Assembly (NCBI GenBank): GCA_013416795.1
Contig: RQSC01000026.1
Span: forward strand, 438,941 to 502,940
DNA from: Prasinococcaceae sp. CCMP 1430
Lineage: Eukaryota > Plantae > Prasinodermophyta
DNA length: 64,000 bases
Direction: 5' to 3'
Position 1 is the first letter of the stretch; each line of letters opens with the position of its first letter. The notes under the pieces are model-generated. The model worked only from the letters and a program-made list of their open reading frames with translations, did no database searches and was not told where the DNA came from. The position numbers and the translations under genes were made by a program. Shown here in pieces: positions 47,753 through 58,401 of this stretch.

Positions 47753-48090
47753 GCACAGCCGCAGCATGGGGCTGGGAGCGCTTGTGTTCTGCTTATGCGC
47801 CAATCTCATCACGAACGAGACCTAGCTAGCTAGCTGTGCAGCTCGTCTGAAATCTAGCTCTAGTAGCTAGCCAGTCCCAGAGACAGAAAGGTAAAACAAG
47901 ATCTCAATCAACTTCCGTACGTAGATGGCCCTTTACATTCGCCGTGTGCAGCACTCCCCTCGTGCTTCGATTCCGAGCCCCACACCGCGCGCGCGCGGCG
48001 CGGCCGCACTGACCTGCGCAGCTCGTACCCCTCGGTAGTGACCCGCCTGGGGCACGATAGTACTCCAAGAGGTTGCGAGGGTGGCCAGCC

Positions 48091-50528
48091 TCAGCCGGCG
48101 AGCGCCGGGGGCAGACGCACGGCGGCAGCGGCGAGGCGAGGGCGGCCCGCGCCAACGCGGGCTCGCCTCTGCCGGTGGGGCGCGCGTTCGGGCCGCGCGG
48201 GGCGACGGCGCCCTAGAAATAGGGCGGGGACGGCGCCCCGCCTTCCTCCGACGCCTGCCGCGGCTGCGGCCGGGCTGCCGTCTCCGCCCTCGCTGCAGCA
48301 CCCGTCCTGCCTGCTTGCAGCGGACCGCGACGGCGGCAGGTCGATGCCGGGATTGCAGAGCGAAAATCCATCGGGCTTGAGATGGAAGCCCGCGGACTCG
48401 CACGGCATGACGGGGAAGTCCTCCACTCTCGGAACGTGCGTGACACCGAACGTGTGCCACAGCACCACGTCCTCGGCCACGATGCTTTCGTCGGCCTCAA
48501 CCCATTCCAGCAGGCCCCCGCCGTCCCCGGTGCTCTGGACGGTGTACTCCCCCGCCGGGTAGCGCTCGTCATCCGAGTAGCGAGTCACCCAAAGGCTCTT
48601 CGTGGCGAAGCCACCGCGCTTCGCAACTGCCGATGAGGGCGCCGTGATGAGCACCTGAGAGCTATGGGCGGGCACGAGTTTGTAAGCGGTCGGCTTCCCG
48701 CTGATGGGGTTCTCGCGCTGGCTCTCGATCCGCCACGTCCGCGAGCGCGCTGGGTCGCCGAGCCGGGCCGCCTGCTTCTCGCTCTCGAGTCGGGTGTACT
48801 GCGGCACGAAGGCGTTCCCGTAGGGGTTCGTCTCGGCGTCGACGGGGAGCGGGACGACTTCGGACTCGACCACCGTGTTCGAGTCGCCGTCGACGCTCAT
48901 ATCGAGGCGTGCGCTGAACATGTGCTGGTGGACCTGGGCGTTCACCCCCGGGGCAACCAGCGTCCCGTGCGCCGGGGCCGGCCCCTCACCGGGCGACAGC
49001 TGGTTGGTCGAGAGCTCGCCGCTGAGCTTGATCTCGAGCTCGATCGAGCCATCCATGCTCAGGTACCAATAGAACAGGTACTCGTAATTCACCACGGTGG
49101 CGATGCTCGAGATCACCAGCCGGCGCGCGCGGCGCGACTCCGAGTGGCCGGTCCTGTACTCGACGTGCTTCCACATGAGTCCGACGTCCTCCTCGTGCAT
49201 GCATATGGCCTTCTTCACTTCGTAGGGCTCGCCGCTGGAGTCCGCGAGCGTGGCGTCGAAGTACCGTATGTGACCCAGGCAATCGCAGCCCAGCTCGAGC
49301 GAGTTCGCGCAGTACCCCAGGCCGTAGTCGCCCACGTCGAACGCGCACTTGCGCGCGTAGGTCGATGCGGGGTCCCCGTAGGGCACGGCCATCTCAACGA
49401 GCGAGGCGCGCCACAGCACGGGCCTGTCCTGGAACCTGACGTCGCTCAGGACGATCCCTTCGCGGTAGTTAAATCCGAGGTGGAGCTCCCAGCCCTGCCA
49501 GCGCACCGTGGACCCGTCGACCGAGAAGGAGGGCCCCTCGGGCTGGGTGATCTCGAGCGGCTTCGGCACGTCCTCGCGCCACTCGCTCGGGAGGACCTCG
49601 TTCCTGGCCAGCCCGTCCCGATGGTAATTGTACGGCGCCGACGGCATCGGGGCGTACGCAGGCTCTGCCTGGTCGACGTGCACGACCTTCCGCGACAGCA
49701 GGTCGACCACGGGCACGCAGGCGATCGGGTGCGCGTATGCGTTATCGGCGGCGTCGCTGCGACCGTAGAGGAACGTCTGCACCAGGCGCTTCGTCCCGCC
49801 GCCCATAATGTCCGCCTCGGCCGGGCCGCCCGCGAGGTGCACGCTCCAGGGGTCCTGTTTGAATAGGGAGCCGGCGCGGCCCGTGCACGTCAGTGCTGCG
49901 CGCGCACGATGGCCATGTCCGAGCCAAGAGCTCGGGGAACCACCAGGACAAAATGCGCGCGCGTGCAGAGGTCGCGCGCGCGAGCCATCGAGCTGAAACG
50001 CCGCGACGCGCCATCAGGCTCCAACATGGGCGGACCGATGCCGCCGACCGGATCACGTACCGCTACGATCTCGTCCATGCTCCCGATCCCGTACTGCTCG
50101 CGGAGGAGCGCCGCCACGGAGGCGTCCGCGCGGACAATCTCCTCGGCGAGCGCGCAGTCGTCCGGCGAGAGGAGCGGCTGCGCCCCGTCGGAGAGCTTCG
50201 AGAGAGACGCCACCACCCCCTTGGAGCCAGAGAGCCCGCCGACCTCCACCTCGTACGAGTTGCCAGCAGGGAGCACCGTCGCGATCACCTCCGCCCGCCT
50301 CTCGGGCGGTGGCTGCTCGGAGCCCGATGAGCCCTTGGTAGCAAGCCATGCCTTTACCTCAGCCTTGGGCGGCGGTTTTAATGTCACCGCCGCGAAGCGC
50401 ACGACGCTCGTCTCGTCGCCGCCGAGGGCGAGCAGCTCCTCCCTCGCCGCCGCCGCCGCCGCACGCACCTCGTCACCGTCCAGCTCGTCGAGCGGGTGGC
50501 GCGTCCCCGTCGCCGCTGCAATGGCCAT
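48091..50528 (-). CDS. Copper amine oxidase (TPQ-dependent primary amine oxidase); exons 50528-50061 and 49854-48091
   Basis: HPLDEL, EMAVPYGDP, AFDVGDYGLG, NSLELGCDC, TVVNYEY (TPQ motif), HQH copper ligands and HVPRVEDFPVMP. Confidence 0.95.
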
Positions 50529-51822
50529 CCTTTCCCCTCTCGCTGGGAGGTCCCGCTCCGCTCACACACCGCGACGAGTCTACCACGGTCCCACCACCCC
50601 GAAGCAGTGCGCGGCGTGGTCCAAGCACCCGTACAGAGCCTCCTCCGAGCTGGGCTGGGAACAGCGCACCGAGGGGAGAGTGTGGAGTGGGACTCCCCAG
50701 CCCTCCGCCCGCTCCCCCGCCCCGCCTGCGCGCGCGCGCTGTGGCGCGAAAAGCGGCGGCCCGCCCGCCCGTGAGCTTGGACGCGCCGTGGCCGGTACCG
50801 TGCCGTCGGAATTCCTCGTCTCCTCGCGGCCCCGCGTGCGTGCATGCGCCCGCCATCGTGCCCGCATGCGCGCGCGCGCGTGCGCGCGCGCCGTGCTCAC
50901 CCCCTCCACGCCCGCAGTCGACACCCCTCAGCGCACGCAGCGCGCGCGACGTCACTCGGGCAGACGGGCCCACAGCGCCTCTTCAACGGACGGAGGGGTC
51001 CACGAGCGCGAAGCAGGCTGTGCGTGTGGGACCCCGACGACGCATGCGTATCACATCCGTGCGCGCGCGTTTGTTTGTGTTTGTTTACATGACGGCATCG
51101 CGTGCCGCGTCCATGCGGGAGCTCGCGTGCGTGGCATGAGCGACCACGTGATACCATGATCAGCGCGTGCATAACACCATCACCTAAGCACCCGCCCGAG
51201 AATAGTCGTGGGCGCCGCGTGCCTGCCACGTCGGACCACCCCTGACTGGATCCTCGACCTGGGAAATGAGCGCGCGCAGACCGGCGCGCCGGGCACGGCA
51301 ATGTGAGTCAGTGACTCGGTCAATCGCAATCGGGTCACGAAAAATGAGGCTCGCGCCTTCCGAGCTTCGACCTACGCGGGGGTTGAGAGCTCCGAGGGGA
51401 GCGTGAACGCCCCGTCGCAGATCGAGGCTCGGAAGGCGCGCGCCTCAATTTTGTGGACCTGGTTGCGATCTACGCGCGTTTTTTTGTTTTTTCCCCCGCC
51501 GGTCTTTGTCTTCGTCAGCGGCGCGACGATGCGGTGCGGCACCGCGGGGCGCTGCGCGCAGCAGCCGCGGGCGTGCCGGCGGGTGGCGGGTGGGGTGATG
51601 CCACAGGGCCGCGGGACGGATACCAGTGGCGGGCAGACGGGCGGGTGGGCGGGCTGCGGCGGCGAGGCGCAACAGCAGCCTCCGAAAGAGCGCCGGTAAG
51701 TGCTCCGAGGCCGCTCGCGGGCGGGGCGCCGGGACGCAGTCCCTATCGCCCGTCCCAACTATCGCAGTGGCGGCTGCTGGTCCCCGGCACGGGCGGGCGG
51801 CCCAGCAGGCGCGGCGGCAGCG

Positions 51823-53537
51823 ATGGGCAGCATGGCGTCATCCGAGGAGGGGCGCCCGGTGCCCGCACCCGCGCCTCCTGCGGGCGACACAGCGGCACCG
51901 GCGGCACCCGCGGAGACCGCCGCTGCCACCACTGAGGGCGCGCCTGTGCCGCCCGGGCCGCAGGCCATGCAGGCCGGAGGGAGCGCGAAGGAAGGCGCCA
52001 GTGGCACCGTCGCCGTCGCCATCGACGACGGCGGCGAGACCAAGGGCAAGGCGACGGACCTTGCCACCGACAGCCAGATGAGTCAGATGACGGATCTGAC
52101 CCACAACAGCCGGGTCCTGAGTTTCCTCGCGGAGCACGAGACGGCCTTTCACGCGACGTGCTGTGGCTGCGGGGGCGATCGGGTCTACGCTGACGCGCGT
52201 CAGCGCGTTGCAGGCCTCGTAGGCTTTGCCATAAGCGCGCTGGCCTTCCTGCCTCCTCTCATAGTCGACCAGGCGGGTGGTGGGGAAGGCGCCGTCACAG
52301 AGGTGGCCGCATTTTTCGAGCGCGATCCTATGCTGTCGCAGCGCAACGACTCCAGCGAGGTGCGCTTGGAGCACAGGCCGCGCTGCCAATGACTGGCTGC
52401 TGCTGCCCCCCGCCCCCCCCCCCCCCTTCCCACTTTGCGGCAGCACGGTGCTGACCCACCCGGACGCGATGCGCGCCTCCCGCATGGCGCGCGAGCATAG
52501 GTGCCAGACTGGCTCCTTTTCGTGCTCGCGCTCGTCATCCCGTCGGTGTTCATCCCCACCTGCCAGCGCGCACTGCGCGTCTGCCACGAGCGCGAGCTTG
52601 CCGACTACGCGGCCTTCCGCGCGCTCCTGCGTTTGGACCCGCTCGCGCTCTTCCTGCGCTTCTTGACGGCCTTCGGGTGGACCATGGCCATCACATTTAT
52701 GCTGAAACTCTACTGCGGCAGGCTCAGGCCCAACTTTTTCGCTTCCTGCAACTACGCCGGCTACGCCGACGCGATCAACAGCGGCGACGAGACGCAGTAC
52801 CTGTCCGAGACCGTGGCCGGTGCATTTGGAGACTATGGCAAGTGCGAGTTTCCCAACGACGAGTGGCGCTCCGCGCAGAAATCGTTCCCGTCAGGCCATG
52901 CGTCCTTGTCATTCGCGGGGCTCACCTGGATGGGCTACTATAGCGCGCTGGTCGTGCGCGCATGCACCACCCGCGGGCACGTCCTGAGAGAGCTGGCGGT
53001 GGTCCCGTTCGCCGCCTGTCTCGTCGGCGCATTCCTGATCGCAGGCTCACGCGTGAGGGACCATCACCATCACTACGGTGCGTGGGCGCAGCTGCATCGG
53101 TTGCTCGACTCGGCCTGCGCCCCCCCCAGCTGCCCCGAGCCCGCACCAGCGCCTCCAACCGGGCGCGCAGACCCCGTGTAGGTACCTTTTCCTACGCATG
53201 CTCGCGCGGCGCAATGCATGCACCGCGCTGACAACATCTTGCTTGGCGCGAGCTGATGCCAGCCGACATCACCGCGGGAGCGTGCATTGGCTTCGCGGTA
53301 GCGACTGGGTCGGTCGTGCTCTCGCTTGCGCCCGCCGTTGCGTACCCTGCGACGCCCGAGGAGCACTTCGACGCCCACGCGCCACCCGGCGCGCGCGTGA
53401 GATCTGCAAGCGACTGGGTTCGCCGACCTGAGCGCAAGCGCGACACCGACGAGGACGCAGGCCAGAGCAGCGCCAAAAAGACGCTGGGGGCGGGGCTGCC
53501 GTCGGTGGACGAGGAGGTGTCCGCGGTCGACGCGTGA
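51823..53537 (+). CDS. PAP2-family lipid phosphate phosphatase; exons 51823-52359, 52501-53077, 53263-53537
   Basis: KLYCGRLRP, SFPSGH and SRVRDHHHHY|ADITAG catalytic motifs, with multiple TM helices. Confidence 0.92.
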
Positions 53538-53747
53538 CGGATGCGAGCTCTCTTCGTCGACTCCTCTTGATGCATGCCACACCCAAGCAAGACTAGCGCG
53601 CTCTCCGCAGAGCTGTCGATAGCACAGACTGTTTCTTGTCGTATCACCACCGCGGCAGCGACATGAGGCGGACGCGCTCCGCTTGCGATCGCTACAGTCA
53701 CGACATTACAGGCGGGCGCGGGGCGCCCGCTTGACCAGCCCGGGCGC

Positions 53748-56721
53748 CTAGCTTAGGTCAAATCCGGCTCCGCTCCGGATGCTCGCCAGCAGCTTCGACC
53801 TCATCGTCGACTCCTTCTTGAAGTTGGGGAGCTTGAGCGTGTTGAAGCACGTCGACGCGCTCGGCAGCCGCTCGGCATCCTTGCCAAGCCCGATGACCGC
53901 GAACGGGCTCGCCTCGCACGCGACCTTGTGGAGCGTGAACGGCGGCCGAAGGTGTCCGAATCCGAGCGCGGGCGGCCTCGAGCTCGAGGTCACAAACTTG
54001 AGCAGCAACGAACGGTCCTCACGCGACATGCCGCGCACGACCCGCCAAAACATCTTGACGGTGCGTGAAGTCGCCGAGTAGCCCGACAGCACGGTGTGTT
54101 TCATGAGGTCGTCCACCGACACGTCGACGACCGCGCCGCCCGTGAGGAGGTTGAACTCGCCGGGAGAAAACATGTTCAACCAGCTGGGACGCATGAGCGA
54201 CAGCAGCCCTCGCTTGAAGGCCGCCCGTTGCCTGTGCGTCGCGCGGTTCAGATAGTAGTCGGCGAGCTTGTGCACATAGAGCAACTTGTTGTCTGCGGTG
54301 ACGTCCACGTCGCCGCCTTTGGGGACGAGCTCGTGCGTCTGCCGCGCGCCGAAGCGCTCCACCTCCACCGTAAAGTCCAAGCACAGGTCGGCCACGTCAC
54401 CGTCGTCGTGCTTGACCTGCATGAGGGACGCGTAGATCTCCTTGTCCATCGCCGCCAGGTCCTCGAGGCCCACATGCGAATCGCCCTGGAGGATCTGCGC
54501 GGCAAACGTGGGCGCCACCGCGGCGTCGACGAGCACCCCCTCGTACAGACACTTCGCGAGCACCTGCCCGGCGAGCTCGTACAGCAGCAGCGTCTCAGAA
54601 TCCGCCCGCTTGTCGCCCCCCCCAACGGACTCGGTCGAGGGGTACACGAGCCCGTCCTCGGTCTTGGACCACAGCCCATAGTGACCCTCCCGGCACAGGG
54701 CCGCGGCCATGTCCGTCAGGAACTCCTTGTACAGTCCGCCAAAGTCCAAACCGGCCTCGCGCGCGCCAGCGGCGTTGACGAACGCGATGTGCAGCGGGTT
54801 GCGCAGCCCGGCCGTCGGCGCGTGCGCCGCCGCCGGCAGCACTGCGCGGCTCTGCGCGAGCAGCCTGAAGGCTTGGAGGCCGTCCTCGACGAGGCGCGCT
54901 CGGCGCACCTCGTACGAGACCGCTGCCCGATGCAGCGCGCCGGGCTGTTCGTCGGTTCTGTCTGGACTTGGCGCGCCGCACGCCCGCCTGTCTTGGTCGA
55001 TGAAACGGCGCAGCGCGGCCACCCGCCTCTGGAAGGGCAGGACGTGCGGCAACGTGGAGAGGACGGCGTCCTCAGCCCACTCTCCGTACGCCTCGGGCGG
55101 CGCCAGCACGGCCGGCGCGGTCCACAGCAGCGGCGGGCCGAGCGCGCCAGCGCTCGCACGCAAGCGCTCGGAGCGGCACGCGGCGGTGCGCAGGTGGCGA
55201 AGGGTGAGCGCACCCGCGCGCAGGAGCGCGGCGTCCCCTCCGCTGCCGCCGGTAGCCACCGTCTGGCGCGTGACCACCGAGTAGTACACAGCCGTATTGA
55301 GCATCGCCGCGCACGCGCGAACGCCATCGGGCGACAGCGGGCACCCCGCCTTGGTCCCATTGAGTTCAGCGTCCTCGAGCACCGTGAGAAGCGCCGAGAA
55401 AGCGCGGCAAAACACGGCCATCGCGGCGCCTGCGCCCGCCGCAGCCATCGCTGCGAACCCACCCCGAGCGGCCGACGGCGTGAGCTTCTTCGCCGCCGCC
55501 GCTGCGGCGGCAGCGCGCTTGGCGTCGGCGCCCCGCATGGCCGCACTTCCCCGCCCGCCCCCGAGCGCCTCCAGCTCGCGCGCACTGAGCGGCGGCTGCT
55601 CCTCGCTCGTGGCGAGCGTGGAGCACACGGTTGCCCAGCTCGCGCGGACGCACGTCCGACTGAAGGCCAGGGCGACCGCGAGGCGCTGCACCCACGCGCC
55701 GCTCGCAGGCGCCGCGCCGTCCGCGTCAGCGGGTAGGCTCTCGAGGAGAGCGAGCAGCGCGTCGTACAGCGCGCAGGCATCCATTGCGTCCGACGTGAAT
55801 GCCGCCTCGACGACCGCGTGCGTGGCGAACGTGTCCACGAGCGCCTGCATCGCGTCGTCAACCCACTGCGCCTGCTGGTCCGGCGCGGAACGGCGATGAT
55901 CGGCATCCGCGGCGGGCACGGCGAGCTCGACGAGCGCGGCGCCGAGCAAGGCCGCCAGTGGGCGAAGGCAGGCCCGCAGGTGCTCCTCGCGCGGCTGCTG
56001 TGACCGACCCCCGGCGCCGCTGCGCGAGAGCAGGTGCGTCAGGCTGGCTGCCGCTCGCAGCGCGGCAGACGGGCTCGAGCGCCCCGCCGCCGCGGCCTCC
56101 CGCGCCGCCGCGGGCTGCCGCTGCCGCCGCTGCCGCGGGCCGGCGCTCCACGAGCGCCGTCGCCGGCCGCAGCGCGACGCCGCAGAGCGTGAGCAATCGC
56201 AGCTGCCGTACCGCCGCCTGCGCCTGCGCCTGGGTCTCACCATCCCGCTGGCACGCGCCTACGAACGCCGTCCGCGCACTCCGCGCCACCGAGGAGCGCG
56301 CGCCGACGTACTCGAGCAAGCGCTCCTCGGCGGCGTCGATGGAGTCGCCGCCGTCGCCGCCCCACTGCCGCGCGTCTGTGAGGGTGATGAGAAACCTCGC
56401 CGCCGGCCGCTGGAGCTCCCCATCCTCGCCCGCGGCGAGCATTGCGGTGGCGACCTCCACGAGCGCCGGCGCCTGCACCTCGAAGCCATTGTGCGGCACC
56501 TGCGCTCCGCCGCGCGCCGGGCCGTAGCGACCGTCGCCGAGCGCGCTGGCGAGAGCGGCGAGGGCGTCGGCGGCGAGCGCTCGGTGCGCGGTGGCATCGA
56601 GCCGGCGCAGTGCGAGCCACGGCCTCGCGAGCTCCGCTTCGCAGAGCCTCGTCCGCCCCGCCTCTGCGTCCCCCGCCGGCCCGGACGCGAGCGCCCCCAG
56701 CGCCGCGCGCGCGCGCGCCCC
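53748..56721 (-). CDS. HECT E3 ubiquitin ligase (UPL7/UBE3B-C-like); 5' end in gap; apparent frameshift near 56070-56130
   Basis: PHVLPFQRRV, VRRARLVEDG, EAGLDFGGLYKEF, LLKFVTSSSRPP and RLPSASTCFNTLKLP...SGAGFDLS*. Confidence 0.92.
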
Positions 56722-57393
56722 NNNNNNNNNNNNNNNNNNNNNNNNNNNNNNNNNNNNNNNNNNNNNNNNNNNNNNNNNNNNNNNNNNNNNNNNNNNNNNN
56801 NNNNNNNNNNNNNNNNNNNNNNNNNNNNNNNNNNNNNNNNNNNNNNNNNNNNNNNNNNNNNNNNNNNNNNNNNNNNNNNNNNNNNNNNNNNNNNNNNNNN
56901 NNNNNNNNNNNNNNNNNNNNNNNNNNNNNNNNNNNNNNNNNNNNNNNNNNNNNNNNNNNNNNNNNNNNNNNNNNNNNNNNNNNNNNNNNNNNNNNNNNNN
57001 NNNNNNNNNNNNNNNNNNNNNNNNNNNNNNNNNNNNNNNNNNNNNNNNNNNNNNNNNNNNNNNNNNNNNNNNNNNNNNNNNNNNNNNNNNNNNNNNNNNN
57101 NNNNNNNNNNNNNNNNNNNNNNNNNNNNNNNNNNNNNNNNNNNNNNNNNNNNNNNNNNNNNNNNNNNNNNNNNNNNNNNNNNNNNNNNNNNNNNNNNNNN
57201 NNNNNNNNNNNNNNNNNNNNNNNNNNNNNNNNNNNNNNNNNNNNNNNNNNNNNNNNNNNNNNNNNNNNNNNNNNNNNNNNNNNNNNNNNNNNNNNNNNNN
57301 NNNNNNNNNNNNNNNNNNNNNNNNNNNNNNNNNNNNNNNNNNNNNNNNNNNNNNNNNNNNNNNNNNNNNNNNNNNNNNNNNNNNNNNNNNNNN
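56722..57393. other. Assembly gap (672 N)
   Basis: Run of N flanked by (GC)n tracts. Confidence 1.
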
Positions 57394-58298
57394 CCGCGCG
57401 CGCGCGCGCGCTGCGGCGCCGCGCGCCGGACCGCCGGGCTCGTCGGCCAAGGTCGACGTGAAGCTGTGCGAGTACAAGGGCGGCGCGCTGTGCGTGCGGG
57501 CGGACAAGAGCGTTGCAGACGAAGCGGCCGTGGACGCCGAACTCGAGGAGGAGATGGCGAAAGAGTTTGAGCTCGTTCGCGTCAACTTCACTGGCAGCGG
57601 CGCGGCGATGGGCCACACCGTCAAGCTCGAGATGAGCGCCACGTTCGGTCCCGGCCACCAGCACGCGGGACAGCCCGTGCCCGGCATGACTGTCGACGAT
57701 CTGAGCGTCGATCTCAAGACCTCGAACCCGTTCCCGCTCAACCACTTCGTGCAGGCCATCGTCGAGGCTGGCATGGGCCAGATGGAGAGCAAGACCTTCC
57801 CCGTGGCGTTCCCGGACGACTACCAGAGCGAGCGCCTGCGCGGCGTGACGTGCCTCTTCACCATCATGATCAAGGTACGAAGGCGCGCGTCGCGTGTCGC
57901 GGCGCGCACTCGGCGCGCCACGCCTTCGCGCTGACGCCCTCCTCGCGGCCGCGGCGTGACGACGGTAGGAAATCGCCGAGAAGCGCCCTCTGCCCGCGCG
58001 GACCGAAGCCGACCGCGCCACGCTGCGCGAAGAGATCGCGGCACGCCACGACGAGCAGGCCCGGCGCGCGTCCGCCAAGCGCGCGGACCTCGCCATTCGC
58101 AACGCGCTGCTCGACGGCTGCGAGGTCGACACGCAGAAGACCGTCGAGTCTGTCGCGTGGGCGAAGTTTGGCGAAGAGAGCATCCGCGACTACGCGTACT
58201 CGATGATTTTGGAGGAGATTGGTGGGAGGGAGGGGCTCGCCACCCAGGACGACATCAAGCGTTTCCTCAGGGAGGAGGCGAGCATCACGTGGGCGTAG
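57394..58298 (+). CDS. Trigger factor-like chaperone (FKBP-type domain plus C-terminal domain), 3' part; intron 57875-57968
   Basis: AAMGHTVKLEM...GMGQMESKTFPVAFPDDYQSERLRGVTCLFTIMIK|EIAEKRPLP resembles the trigger-factor PPIase domain. TAG at 58296-58298. Confidence 0.72.
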
Positions 58299-58401
58299 CC
58301 TCGCCACCAGCGCCGGCGCCGTCGCCGCGCGCGACGCGAGCGAGTTCCGCGAGGCATGCGTGGCTTTAGACGCTCCGTCTGTGCAGTCATTTTGATTACT
58401 A

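Noticed and set aside
47821-47872. CTAG-rich repeat downstream of the FEA1-like gene (Helitron end?)
   Set aside because: No convincing subterminal hairpin or matching 5' end. It looks like 3'-UTR low complexity.
50600-50800. GTAC copper-response cores upstream of the amine oxidase
   Set aside because: 4-mers at background frequency.
11939-53709. TGTAA polyadenylation signal (11939 +; about 47933 and 53705 on -)
   Set aside because: It is present after only a few genes and absent after most, so it is too inconsistent to call.
159-57968. Introner-like repeated introns
   Set aside because: The introns share only short splice signals and low-complexity GC repeats. I saw no extended sequence identity between them.
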